Assembly (NCBI GenBank): GCA_046290465.1
Contig: JBKAGP010000001.1
Location: 2,624,001 to 2,688,000, forward strand
Reading direction: 5' to 3'
Source of the DNA: Planctomycetota bacterium
Lineage (GTDB): Bacteria > Planctomycetota > UBA1135 > UBA2386
DNA length: 64,000 bases
Both the position numbers and the translations under genes were made by a program. Positions 47,930 through 57,904 of the stretch are shown one piece after another (position 1 is the first letter of the stretch; every line of letters begins with the position of its first letter). The notes under the pieces are model-generated. The model did not search any database and was not told where the DNA came from. It worked only from the letters and a program-made list of their open reading frames with translations.

Positions 47930-50545
47930 TACGGATTGGCGCCAGGTGGCGAGGGCGGTGCGCATGGCGGTGACGCGGGCGGGGTGGTCGGCGGCGAGGT
48001 CGTGGCGTTCGGCGAGGTCGGTGGCGAGATCGAACAGCAGTGCCTGGCCGTTCTGTTCGACCAGCTTCCAGCGGCCATCGCGCATCGCGCGGCCGAGCCA
48101 GAACAACTGGCGATCGCCGGCGCGCGGTTCGGAGTGCAGGCGCGGCACCAGGCTCTCGCCGTCGAACGGGCGCTCCGGGTCCGCTTCGAGGCCGGCCAAT
48201 TCGAACATCGTCGGCATCACGTCGAGGCTGCTGCAGAGCTGGTCGTTCTTCGAACCGCGCCGGATCGTGCCGGGCCACCACGCGATCGCCGGCACGCGGT
48301 GGCCGCCCTCCCACACCTGCCCCTTACCGCCGCGCAGCGGGTCGTTGCGCATGTGGCGCGCACCACCGTTGTCGCTGAAGAACAGCACCAGCGTGCGGCC
48401 GGCGATGCCGTTCTTGCGCACGGCGGCGAGGATGCGCGCCACGCTGTCGTCGAGCGACGCCATCATCGAACGAACGGTGTCGTCGCGCGCGCGGTCGCCG
48501 TTGGGCCTTCCGACCTTGTCCGGACCACGCACCGCACCGCTGTCCTTCGCCTGGATCGGCGCGTGCACGGCGCCGTGCGCGACGTAGAGACAGAACGGCT
48601 CGTCGCGGTGCCGCGCGATGAAGTCGACGGCGTCGGCGGTGATCATCTCGGTCAGGTAGCCCTCGCGCGCGACCCGCTGCTCGCCGCGATACCAGTCTGC
48701 CGTGCCCATCCGGTCCAGGTGGCTGTGGTAGTCGATGTTGCCGCTGACGAAGCCCTCGAACTCGTCGAAGCCGTGCCGCGTCGGGTTGTGCTGCGCCGCG
48801 TAGCCGAGGTGCCACTTGCCGAACAGCGCCGTCGCGTAGCCGGCATCCCGCAGCGCCTCGGCGAACGTCACCTCGTCGTCGCCGAGCCCGCGGTGGTGGT
48901 CGGGATGCGCCGGGTCGGCGTTGACGACGCCGGGGATGCCGCAGCGCTCCTGGTAGCGACCGGTGATCAGCCCCGCCCGTGTCGGGCTGCAGACGACGCC
49001 GCTCGAATGGAAGTCGGTGAACGTCATGCCCTCCTTGGCCATGCGCTCGAGCCCCGGCGTCTCGATCCAACCGCCGTAGACGCTCGAGTCGCCGTAGCCC
49101 ATGTCGTCGGCCATCACCACGATCACGTTGCTCGGGTTGGCGCGGGCCGCGTGCCGCAGAAGCCGCGCGACCACGTCCGGATGCTGCGCGTAGACGTTGT
49201 CGGTCTCGCCGGGATCCGCGGCCAGGTCGTAGAGCTGGCCGCGCGCCGGCCCGGTGTCGGCCTTGCGCGTGAAGCCACCCGAACCATGATGCGCGATCCA
49301 CTTCCAGTCACCCTCGCGAACGACCGTCGCGCCGTGCTTCAGCACGGTGACCGTTCGCCGCTGCTGCGGCTCCGTGCCGAGCAGCTGCGGGGCGAACGAG
49401 ATGCTGTCCTCGGCCGCGCCGTCGGGGACCTCGGCACCGGCGAGCTCCGCGCAGGTCGCCAACACGTCGGGAAAGCAGATCGTCTGCGCGCTGCGCGAAC
49501 CCGGCGCGATCCGGCCCGGCCAGCGCACCACGAACGGCACCCGGTGGCCACCTTCGAACGCGTCCCCCTTCATGCCGCGCCACGGCCCGGTCGACGCGTG
49601 CCCGTACCGCTCGACGTCCCGCGGATACCAGACCGGCCCGTTGTCGGACGAGAACATCACCACGGTGTCGTCGCCGATGCCGGCCGCGTCCAGCGCAGCA
49701 ACGACGCGGCCGACGGTCGCATCGACCTGCGCGACGAAGTCGCCGTACAGCCCCGCCTGCGTGGTGCCGCGAAACCGTTCGAGCGGCAGCCACGGCGTGT
49801 GCGGCGCCGGCAACGCCAGATACAGGAACAGCGGTCGCGCCGAACGCTGCCGACCGTGCCGTTCGACCACGCGCACCGCTTCGTCGGCCAACCGCGGCAG
49901 CACCTGCTGGTGATCGAAGCCTGGCGCCATGCCGCCCTCGCGCCAGAACGCGCCCTGGATCGGGCTCCAGCCGTCGCTGGCGCTCGCCGCGACGCGGCCG
50001 GTCGGAGCGGCCACCGCCGCGCGGTCGCGCACGTAGTAGTACGGCGGGATGTCCAGCGACATCGGGATGCCGAAGAACGTGTCGAAGCCGCGGTCGCACG
50101 GCCCGCCGCGCATGTCGGCGTGGTCGAGCCGGTCGGCGTCGTCGAAGCCGAGGTGCCACTTGCCGACCATCGCCGTGACGTAGCCTCGACCCTGCAGCAC
50201 CGACGCGACGGTCGCGGTGCCGGCCTCGATCACCGCCTCCCGCCCCGGCTGCATGCGACGCCGCCGGCATGCGTAGCGACCGGTCAACAGCCCGTAGCGC
50301 GACGGCACGCACACCGACCCGGTCGCGTGCGCATCGGAGAACCGCATGCCGTCGGCCGCCAGCCGATCGAGGTGCGGCGTCGCGATCTTCGCGTCCTCGC
50401 GGCCGAACGCCGGATCGCCCCACCCCATGTCGTCGGCCAGCACGAACACGATGTTCGGCGGGCGCGCCGCGTCCGGACGGCCATCGCCCTGGGCGATCAG
50501 GCAGCCAGCGGCGAGCAGGAGCACGGTTGGCAGCGAGGCGCGCAT
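47924..50545 (-). CDS. Exported tandem two-domain formylglycine-dependent sulfatase
   Basis: Signal peptide; PNIVFVLADD..CVPSR..GKWHLG..SDNG, then SNVIVVMADD..CSPTR..GKWHLG..SDNG; ATG 50545. Confidence 0.92.
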   Translation of the reverse strand: MRASLPTVLLLAAGCLIAQGDGRPDAARPPNIVFVLADDMGWGDPAFGREDAKIATPHLDRLAADGMRFSDAHATGSVCVPSRYGLLTGRYACRRRRMQPGREAVIEAGTATVASVLQGRGYVTAMVGKWHLGFDDADRLDHADMRGGPCDRGFDTFFGIPMSLDIPPYYYVRDRAAVAAPTGRVAASASDGWSPIQGAFWREGGMAPGFDHQQVLPRLADEAVRVVERHGRQRSARPLFLYLALPAPHTPWLPLERFRGTTQAGLYGDFVAQVDATVGRVVAALDAAGIGDDTVVMFSSDNGPVWYPRDVERYGHASTGPWRGMKGDAFEGGHRVPFVVRWPGRIAPGSRSAQTICFPDVLATCAELAGAEVPDGAAEDSISFAPQLLGTEPQQRRTVTVLKHGATVVREGDWKWIAHHGSGGFTRKADTGPARGQLYDLAADPGETDNVYAQHPDVVARLLRHAARANPSNVIVVMADDMGYGDSSVYGGWIETPGLERMAKEGMTFTDFHSSGVVCSPTRAGLITGRYQERCGIPGVVNADPAHPDHHRGLGDDEVTFAEALRDAGYATALFGKWHLGYAAQHNPTRHGFDEFEGFVSGNIDYHSHLDRMGTADWYRGEQRVAREGYLTEMITADAVDFIARHRDEPFCLYVAHGAVHAPIQAKDSGAVRGPDKVGRPNGDRARDDTVRSMMASLDDSVARILAAVRKNGIAGRTLVLFFSDNGGARHMRNDPLRGGKGQVWEGGHRVPAIAWWPGTIRRGSKNDQLCSSLDVMPTMFELAGLEADPERPFDGESLVPRLHSEPRAGDRQLFWLGRAMRDGRWKLVEQNGQALLFDLATDLAERHDLAADHPARVTAMRTALATWRQSVK

Positions 50546-50574
50546 GCCGCAACGGTAGCGGCGCGCGCGGTCGC

Positions 50575-51204
50575 TCACACCGACGAGATCAGCAGCGGCA
50601 CGTTCTCTTCGCTGGCCCGCGAACAGGCTGCCGACAGCATCGCGTAGCCGCGCCGCGCCGCCTGCAAGAACGGCGCCCCCGCCGGTGCCGGCTGCCCCGC
50701 CCACGTTACGACCGCGTCCTGGTCGGCCTGGAACGTGCGCTGGTTGAGCCACTGCAGCTGGTCGGACAGCACCTTCAGCGAACCGATCTCGGCCGAGTCA
50801 CCGTCGGGCCGCGGCGCGCGCACGGTCACCGGAAACTCCCCGGGCAGCCACAGATCGCAGGCGAGGATCTGGCCGTAGAGCGACTTGCCGAACTTCTGGT
50901 CAGCGGCCTCGCGCCAGTCGCGGTCGAGCTCGAGCAGCTGCGGCACGGTGTCGGGCCACTCGAGATCGCTGCGCTCGGCGTAGAACGCGAACAGCCGCAG
51001 CGCCATCCAGCCCGACACGTCCAGGTCGAAGCGCGCGTCGCACCCGCTGGCCTCGTCCCACGACAGCTGCTCGCCGACCTTCTCGGCGACGCTGCTGCGC
51101 AGGTCCTCGCGCCACTGCTCGACGCCGCCGCGCAGCCGCGCGGCCTCCCGTTCGTCGCCGTTCGCGAACCATCGCGACAGCGGCCCTGCAAACGCCTCGA
51201 CCAA
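50575..51204 (-). CDS. Hypothetical protein
   Basis: Directly abuts the stop of the S9 peptidase gene; normal composition; no motif recognised. Confidence 0.65.
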   Translation of the reverse strand: MVEAFAGPLSRWFANGDEREAARLRGGVEQWREDLRSSVAEKVGEQLSWDEASGCDARFDLDVSGWMALRLFAFYAERSDLEWPDTVPQLLELDRDWREAADQKFGKSLYGQILACDLWLPGEFPVTVRAPRPDGDSAEIGSLKVLSDQLQWLNQRTFQADQDAVVTWAGQPAPAGAPFLQAARRGYAMLSAACSRASEENVPLLISSV

Positions 51205-53406
51205 CTACAGGTTCTCCTTCAGGAACTTCTCGAACCGCGTGAACAGGTGAACCTGCTGCTGCAGGTCGCCGATGCCGTGGCGAACGCGCGGGTAGACCAT
51301 GAAGTCGCAGTCCTTCTGCGCCTGCTGCATCGCGTGCAGGAACTGGAAGCTGTTCTGCATGTGCACGTTGTCGTCCATCGCGCCGGCGATCAGCATCAGC
51401 TTGCCGTGCAGGTCCTTGGCGGCGTTGGTGACGCTGCCCTTCTCGTAGCCCTCGGCGTTGTTCGACGGCAGGCCACCGTAGCGCTCGGTGTAGATCGTGT
51501 CGTAGAGCCGCCAGTCGGTGACCGGGTTGACCGCGACGCCGGCCGCCCACTTCTTGCTGTGGGTCAGGTTGTAGAGCGTCTGGTAGCCGCCGTAGCTCCA
51601 GCCCCAGATCGCGACGCGCTTCGGATCGGCGATGCCCTTCTCGACCAGCCAGTCGACGCCGTCCGACAGATCCTCCAGCTCGCTCTGGCCGAGTCGGCGC
51701 CAGCACGCCTTCGCGAACTTGCGCCCCTTGCCGCTCGCCGAACGGTTGTCGCAGCAGAACACCACGTAGCCCTTCTGCGCGAGCAGGTTGTGCCACAGGA
51801 AGTCGCGGCTGCCCCAGCGGTCGCGCACGCGCGGCGCGTGCGGCCCCGAGTAGGTGAACTGCACGACCGGGTAGCGCTTGTCGGCGTCGAAGTCCCTCGG
51901 CTTGATCAGCATCGCCTCCATCGGAAAGCCGTCGCGCGTCTCCACCTGAACGAACTCCGGGAACTGCAGGCCGAACGGCCGCATCAACTTCGTGTTCGGC
52001 TGCGCGATCGCGCGCACCTCGTTGTCCTCGAGGTCGCGCAGCGACACGCGCTCCGGCGTCTCGGCATCGCTCCAGTGCGTGACGAACGTCTTGTGGTCGG
52101 GCGCCATGTCGACGTCGTGCGTGCCGCGCCCCTTGGTGATGCGCTGCATCTCGCCGCCGGCCAGCGGCACGCGGTAGAGGTGCGTCTCGACCTTCGAGTC
52201 CTTGTCGGACAGCACGTAGGCGCAGCCGGCCTCCTCGTCGACCGCCACCAGCTCCTTGGCCTGCCAGTCCCCCTCGGTCAGGCGCCCCTGCGCCTTGCCG
52301 GAGCGCGCGAAGCGGTAGACGTGCTGGTAGCCGTCACGTTCGCTGAGCCACAAGAACGACGCGCCGCCCTCGATCCAGACCGGCTCGGGACCGGCCTCGA
52401 CCCAGCAGTCGCTGGTCTCCCGCCAGACCAGCCGCGAGGTGCCGCTGGCGACATCGCCGGCGCGCATGTCGAGCCAGGTCTGTTCGCGGTTCTGCACCTG
52501 GAAGAACACCTCCGAACTGTCCGGCGTCCACGTCACGCGCACGACCAGCCGGTCCTCCTCGGGATAGTCCGACACGTCGAACCAGCTGGTCTCCCCGCTC
52601 GCGACGTCGATCGCGCCGATCTCGACGATCGGGTTCGGCTCGCCGACCTTCGGGTAGTTGGTGCGCTCGACCTTCGGCCGCGCCGGCACGTCGCTGACCA
52701 GCACGAACTCCTCGACCGGCGACTCGTCGAGCTTCAGCAGCGCGATCCGCTTGCTGTCCGGCGACCACCAGTAGCCCTGGAAGTTGCCGCGCCCGTACAG
52801 CTCCTCCTGGTAGACCCAGTCGAGCCGGCCGTAGAACAGGTCGCCGTGGCCCTCGGTGGTCAGCGCGCGCACGTCGCCGCCGGCGAACGGCACCACGTGC
52901 AGGTTGTAGTCGGCGATGAACGCGACGCTCTTGCCGTCCGGCGAGAACCGCACGCCGACCTCTTCGCTGTCGGGCGTGTCGGTCAACCGGACCAGCGTGC
53001 CGGTGATGCTGCCGGCGAACAGGTCGCCGCCGACGTTGACGACGAAGCCGTCGCGGCTGTCCATCCACGTCCAGGTGCCTTCGTCCTGCAGCGCCGGCAG
53101 GTGTTCCCTGCCGCCGAGCAGCGCGGCGAGCTTGTCGGCCACCTCCTCGGTCCTGAGGAACCAGTCCCGCCTGCCGGTCCGCGACGTCACGCACCACCAC
53201 TGCTTGGGACCATTGCCGCGCCCGGCGCCGGCGTCGAACACGAAGTAGTGGTCGCCGTCGAGCCAGTCGAGCGGCTCCTCGGCCCCATTGGTCATCGAGA
53301 ACTCGAGCCAGAACATGTCGATCGGCTGCAGCGGCCGCTGCGCCGCCGCGATCGACGCCAGGCCACCGGCGACCAGCGAAAGGAGTGCAAGCTTCATCGC
53401 TCGCAT
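51205..53406 (-). CDS. S9B dipeptidyl peptidase IV-like protein
   Basis: DWVYQEE, WWSPD, YPKVG, GWSYGGY, DDNVH, YP..RH; signal peptide. Confidence 0.93.
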   Translation of the reverse strand: MRAMKLALLSLVAGGLASIAAAQRPLQPIDMFWLEFSMTNGAEEPLDWLDGDHYFVFDAGAGRGNGPKQWWCVTSRTGRRDWFLRTEEVADKLAALLGGREHLPALQDEGTWTWMDSRDGFVVNVGGDLFAGSITGTLVRLTDTPDSEEVGVRFSPDGKSVAFIADYNLHVVPFAGGDVRALTTEGHGDLFYGRLDWVYQEELYGRGNFQGYWWSPDSKRIALLKLDESPVEEFVLVSDVPARPKVERTNYPKVGEPNPIVEIGAIDVASGETSWFDVSDYPEEDRLVVRVTWTPDSSEVFFQVQNREQTWLDMRAGDVASGTSRLVWRETSDCWVEAGPEPVWIEGGASFLWLSERDGYQHVYRFARSGKAQGRLTEGDWQAKELVAVDEEAGCAYVLSDKDSKVETHLYRVPLAGGEMQRITKGRGTHDVDMAPDHKTFVTHWSDAETPERVSLRDLEDNEVRAIAQPNTKLMRPFGLQFPEFVQVETRDGFPMEAMLIKPRDFDADKRYPVVQFTYSGPHAPRVRDRWGSRDFLWHNLLAQKGYVVFCCDNRSASGKGRKFAKACWRRLGQSELEDLSDGVDWLVEKGIADPKRVAIWGWSYGGYQTLYNLTHSKKWAAGVAVNPVTDWRLYDTIYTERYGGLPSNNAEGYEKGSVTNAAKDLHGKLMLIAGAMDDNVHMQNSFQFLHAMQQAQKDCDFMVYPRVRHGIGDLQQQVHLFTRFEKFLKENL

Positions 53407-53558
53407 CCTATCCCCGCGTCGGAGCGTTCCGCACGCGGTAGATCCTCCCGGCTACGGGGCGGTGCGTTGCCGCATGCGCACGCCGATCCAGCGATCGGCC
53501 GGCTCATCCGCCATTCCAGAACCGGGCCGCGCGCCCCCGGCCATGCTCACCCGGCAGG

Positions 53559-54791
53559 CTACCGCCGCAGCGGCGGCTCGAGCCACTGCCCGGTGAAGAA
53601 CCCGCGCTCGACGATCTCCCAGACCACGACCTTCGGCCGCGCGCCCGCTTCGATCTCACGCAGCGCCGCCTGCATCGGCGCGATGCCCGGCGCGCCGCGC
53701 TCGATGATGCCGTAGACCGGGCGGCCGAGCGCGAACGACACCGCGACCATGCCGTTGGCCTCGGCGAAGCTGGTGCCGGTCAGCCACACCTCGGCGGTCG
53801 CGTCCTGGCCGAACATCGGCGTGGCGGCGCCCGGCCCGCGCACCTCGAGGCCGTAGTAGTCGCGCTGCTCGGCGAGCGAGTCGGTCAGCATGCTCATCGC
53901 GACCATGCGGTCCTTGTCCTCGGTGCGGCGGCGGCTCATCGTCAGCATGCCGAGCATGTCGGTGATGTCGCCGACCGCGCGCGCATGCGACGGCCCGGTC
54001 AACGCCATCGGCACGCGCGGCGACAGCGACGCGCCAAAGCGCTGCTCGACGGCCGCGGCGACGGCCTGGCCGGCGACCAGCGCGCCACCGGGACGCCAGT
54101 GGGTATCGCGCGCGAAGTAGAGCTGCGCCTTGGCGTCGCCGTCGACGGTCGCGGCGGCCATCGCGCGCATCGGCGTGGCGAGGTCGACGGCCGCGATCTG
54201 CAGCTCCGCCAGCTCCTGCTGCAGGGTGGCGTAGGCCGCGTCCCGGCGCGGTGGCACGACCCCGTCGGCGAACGCGAACTGCGGGTAGACCCGCATCTTG
54301 TCGGGCACGATCGAGACCAGCAGCTCGACGCCGGCCGCGCGCAGGCGGTCGCGCACCTGCGCGAAGAAGGCCCGACGCCGCTCGCTGGCGCGGTCGAAGT
54401 CGTCGAGCGGCACCCGCACCGTGTTGCCGAGGAACAGCCAGCCGTCGCGGCCGAAGTGCACCCGTTCGCTGCGCGGCACACCGAGCCGGTAGCGCAGTTC
54501 GTTCCAGTGGCCGCGCAGCGACCAGACGATCGGCGAACGTTCCTGCAGCGCGCGCTCGGTCGCCGACATCCAGCGACCCGACAGCACCTCGTCGACGTCG
54601 GCCGCCGGCACCTCGGTCTGCGCCCGGGTGCGGATCGGCGGCTCGTCGTGACCGAGCACCCCGTGCCAGAGCAGGTGCACGACCGGCACGCTCGCGCACA
54701 GCAGCGCGACCGCGGCCAGCGCGAACCAGCGCACCGCCCACTGGCCCGGCGTCTGCGGTTCGGAGATCGGGTTGGATTCGATCGCGGTCAT
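53559..54791 (-). CDS. AlgJ/AlgX-like SGNH O-acetyltransferase
   Basis: N-terminal TM, GRDGWLFL, VPDK, DTHW, GTSF, VVWEIVER; TGATG overlap with the MBOAT gene. Confidence 0.85.
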   Translation of the reverse strand: MTAIESNPISEPQTPGQWAVRWFALAAVALLCASVPVVHLLWHGVLGHDEPPIRTRAQTEVPAADVDEVLSGRWMSATERALQERSPIVWSLRGHWNELRYRLGVPRSERVHFGRDGWLFLGNTVRVPLDDFDRASERRRAFFAQVRDRLRAAGVELLVSIVPDKMRVYPQFAFADGVVPPRRDAAYATLQQELAELQIAAVDLATPMRAMAAATVDGDAKAQLYFARDTHWRPGGALVAGQAVAAAVEQRFGASLSPRVPMALTGPSHARAVGDITDMLGMLTMSRRRTEDKDRMVAMSMLTDSLAEQRDYYGLEVRGPGAATPMFGQDATAEVWLTGTSFAEANGMVAVSFALGRPVYGIIERGAPGIAPMQAALREIEAGARPKVVVWEIVERGFFTGQWLEPPLRR

Positions 54792-56175
54792 CAGAACTGG
54801 AAGTAGATGAACGGCACGAAGTCGGCGGCCAGCACCTGGCAGACCGCGCACACGAACAGCGCCAGCACCAGCAACATCACCAGCGGCTGGCAGCGACGGA
54901 CCAGCTGCGCGCTGCGCGGCATCGCGAACGTGACCAGCAGGCCGACCAAGAGGCCGACGTAGGCGACGGTCTCGTGCTGGCCGAGATCCGGCCACGCGCC
55001 GACGCCGTTGCCGCCGAACAGGCCGACGCCCATGTCCGACACCTCCGCCAGCGTGTAGCAGCGGAACAGCACGAAGCCGAGCGTCGAGATCACGAACGTC
55101 ACCAGCACCTGCAGCGGGTGCGGCAGCCAGCCGTACGGCGAGACCTTGCCGAGGCGCCGTTCGATCGCCAGGAACGCGCCGTGCCACGCCCCCCACATCA
55201 AGAACGTCCACGACGCGCCGTGCCACAGCCCGCCGAGCAGCATCGTGATCGCCACGTTGAGCTGCGCGCGACCTTCGCCGCGGCGGTTGCCGCCGAGCGG
55301 CACGTAGAGGTAGTCGCGCAGCCAGGTGCTGAGGCTGATGTGCCACCGCCGCCACAGCTCGGTCATGCTGTGCGCGCGGTACGGCGAACGGAAGTTCTCG
55401 GGAAAGCGGAAGCCGAGCAGCAGACCGAGGCCGATCGCCATGTCGCTGTAGCCCGAGAAGTCGAAGTAGATCTGCACCGCGTAGCCGAGTGCGCCGAGCC
55501 AGGCCGCGATCAGGCCGGGCTGGTCGGCGGCGTAGATCGTGTCGACCATCGGCGCGACCGAGTCGGCGATCAGCACCTTCTTGACGAAGCCGAGCGCGAA
55601 CAGCAGCACGCCGTCGCTGGCCATGCGCAGGTCGACGACGCGCCGCCGCAGCGAATCGGCGATGTCGCGGTAGCGCACGATCGGGCCGGCGATCAGCTGC
55701 GGGAACATCGACACGAAGCACAGCAGGTCGACGATCGAGCGGGTCGCTTCACGTCGCCGCGGTAGACGTCGATGGTGTAGCTCATCGACTGGAACGTGAA
55801 GAACGAGATGCCGACGGGCAGCACCACCTCCTCCCACTCGACCGGCCACGGTGCGACGTCGTTCCAGGTCGCGACGAACAGGTTGGCGTACTTGAACCAA
55901 CCGAGCATGCCGAGGTTGGCGACCAGCGACAGCAGCAGCAGGCGCTTGCGCTGCGCCTTCTGCGCGTCGTTCGGCTCGCCCATCCAGCGCGCCGCCCAGT
56001 AGTCGATCAGCACGCTGGCGACCATCAGCAGCACGTACTGCGGCCGCCACCAGCCATAGAACGCGAAGCTGCCGAGGATCAGCGTCACGTTCCGCAGCCG
56101 CGCCGGCGTCACCGCGTAGAGCGGCGCGAACAGCGGCACGAACCAGAACAGGAAGATGAACGAGGCGAAGACCAC
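54791..56175 (-). pseudogene. algI: AlgI-like MBOAT O-acetyltransferase with a 1-nt frameshift near 55746
   Basis: N-part (MVFAS..LPVGISFFTFQSMSYTIDVYRGDVK) and C-part (TRSIVDLL..FPQLIAGPIVR..DFSGYSDMAIG..WRRWHISLS..GLWHGA) lie in different frames. Confidence 0.85.
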
Positions 56176-56213
56176 GGAGCCGGCAGGATCCTACCCCGGA
56201 CGCTCCGGCGCGC

Positions 56214-57206
56214 TCAGCCTTCTGCCTTCGGGTCGCGCTCCATCAGCGAACGCACCGCGTGCTGCGGCGGCAGTTCGTCGTAGAGCACGCGGGCTACCGC
56301 CGACGCGATCGGCATCTCGACGCCGCGCTCGGTGCTCGCCGCGTCGACGACCTTGGCCGTCCAGACGCCTTCGGCGACCTTCGGCGACGACGCCAGCGCC
56401 TGCTTGAGCGTCTCGCCCCTGCCGATGCGTTCGCCGAACGCGCGGTTGCGGCCGTGCTTGCTGAACGCGGTCACCGCCAGGTCGCCGACGCCGGCGAGGC
56501 CGAAGAACGTCTGCGGGTCGGCGCCACAGGCGAGGCCGTAGCGCTGCATCTCGACCAGGCCGCGCGACAGGATCGCGGCCTTGGCGTTGTCGCCGTAGCC
56601 GAGCCCGTCGGCGATGCCCGCCGCCAGCGCCATCACGTTCTTGAGCGCGCCGCACAGCTCGACCCCGAGCAGGTCGCCGTTGCGATAGACGCGGAAGCGA
56701 TCGGTCTGCAGCGCCTCCTGCAGGCGGCACAGCCGATCGCCGTCCTCGCCCGCCACCACGACGGTCGTCGGCTGGCCGTGCGCGATCTCCTCCGCGTGGC
56801 TCGGGCCGCTCAGCACGTAGACCCGCTCTTGGCCGCCGAGCACCTCGGCGAGGATCTCCGACGGACGCCTGCCGGTCGACTGCTCGAGCCCCTTGGCGAG
56901 CGACACCACCGGCGCGTCGCCATCGAGGTGGGCGGTCATGCCGGACATCACGCCGCGAACGTGCTGGGTCGGCACCGCGACCAGCACGGCGCCGGCGTCG
57001 TGCAGCACGGCCTTGGCGTCGTTGCTGACCCGGATCGCGTCGGGCAGCTGCACGCCGGCGAGGTAGCGCGGATTCTCGCGCGACGCCGCGATCGACGCCG
57101 TGTAGACCGCGTCGTGCCCCCACAGCGAGACCGTGTGACCCGCGCGTTGCAGGGTGAGCGCCATGGCGGTGCCGAAGCCGCCGTTGCCGAGGATCGCGAT
57201 TCTCAT
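56214..57206 (-). CDS. gpsA: NAD(P)H-dependent glycerol-3-phosphate dehydrogenase
   Basis: ILGNGGFGTA, AKG, SGPSHA, GALKNVMALAAG, GVGDLAVT, RN, AEGV. Confidence 0.95.
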   Translation of the reverse strand: MRIAILGNGGFGTAMALTLQRAGHTVSLWGHDAVYTASIAASRENPRYLAGVQLPDAIRVSNDAKAVLHDAGAVLVAVPTQHVRGVMSGMTAHLDGDAPVVSLAKGLEQSTGRRPSEILAEVLGGQERVYVLSGPSHAEEIAHGQPTTVVVAGEDGDRLCRLQEALQTDRFRVYRNGDLLGVELCGALKNVMALAAGIADGLGYGDNAKAAILSRGLVEMQRYGLACGADPQTFFGLAGVGDLAVTAFSKHGRNRAFGERIGRGETLKQALASSPKVAEGVWTAKVVDAASTERGVEMPIASAVARVLYDELPPQHAVRSLMERDPKAEG

Positions 57207-57823
57207 GATTGCTTGGCCGCGAAGAACGTCTGCAGGTTGCTGCGGTGGGTCCAGAACAGGAAGGCGGCGAGGACCAGGGTCAGCAGCGTCAGCGGCAGCC
57301 GCTGGTCGAACGCCTGCGGCACGTCGAGCAGGATCGCGCTGGAGGCGAGGCCGAGGCCGAGCGCGAGGCTGCCGAAGAACACCTGGCCGGTCGCGAACCG
57401 CACCACGAAGAACACGCCGAGCGCGATCAGCGTCACCCGCCAGTCGAGCACCACCAGCGCGCCGGTCGCGGTCGCGACGCCCTTGCCGCCACGGCCACCG
57501 AGGAACGGCGTGAACACGTGGCCGAGGATGCCGGCGGCGCCACACAGCACGCCCGGCAGCAGCCCGGTCGCGAAGCCCATCCACGCAGCCAGCGCGCCCT
57601 TGCCGGCGTCGAGCAGGTAGACCGCCAGGAACGCACCGATGCGCGCGCCCTTGCCCTCGAACGCGCGGCTCGCGTTGGTCGCGCCGACGTTGCCGCTGCC
57701 GAGCGTGCGCACGTCGATGCCCTTGCAGACGCGCACGATCAGCCACGCGAACGGGATCGCGCCGATCAGGAAGGCCGCGATCGCGCGGAGTTCGATCTGG
57801 TAGAGGTCGGTGGCCGACAGCAT
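57203..57823 (-). CDS. plsY: Glycerol-3-phosphate acyltransferase PlsY
   Basis: GAIPF, GSGNVGATN, DAGKG, GGKGVAT, HRSN; ATGA overlap with gpsA. Confidence 0.93.
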   Translation of the reverse strand: MLSATDLYQIELRAIAAFLIGAIPFAWLIVRVCKGIDVRTLGSGNVGATNASRAFEGKGARIGAFLAVYLLDAGKGALAAWMGFATGLLPGVLCGAAGILGHVFTPFLGGRGGKGVATATGALVVLDWRVTLIALGVFFVVRFATGQVFFGSLALGLGLASSAILLDVPQAFDQRLPLTLLTLVLAAFLFWTHRSNLQTFFAAKQS

Positions 57824-57904
57824 GCGCCGTGAGGCTACGCGATCGGCACCGTCGCACGCCAAGGTCTCGTGCGATCGACGCCGCCGCGCTAACGTGCTCG
57901 CCTC

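Noticed and set aside
47903..53715. Long plus-strand ORFs 47903..50647 and 50269..53715
   Set aside because: Antisense shadows of the sulfatase and DPP-IV genes, which carry clear catalytic motifs.
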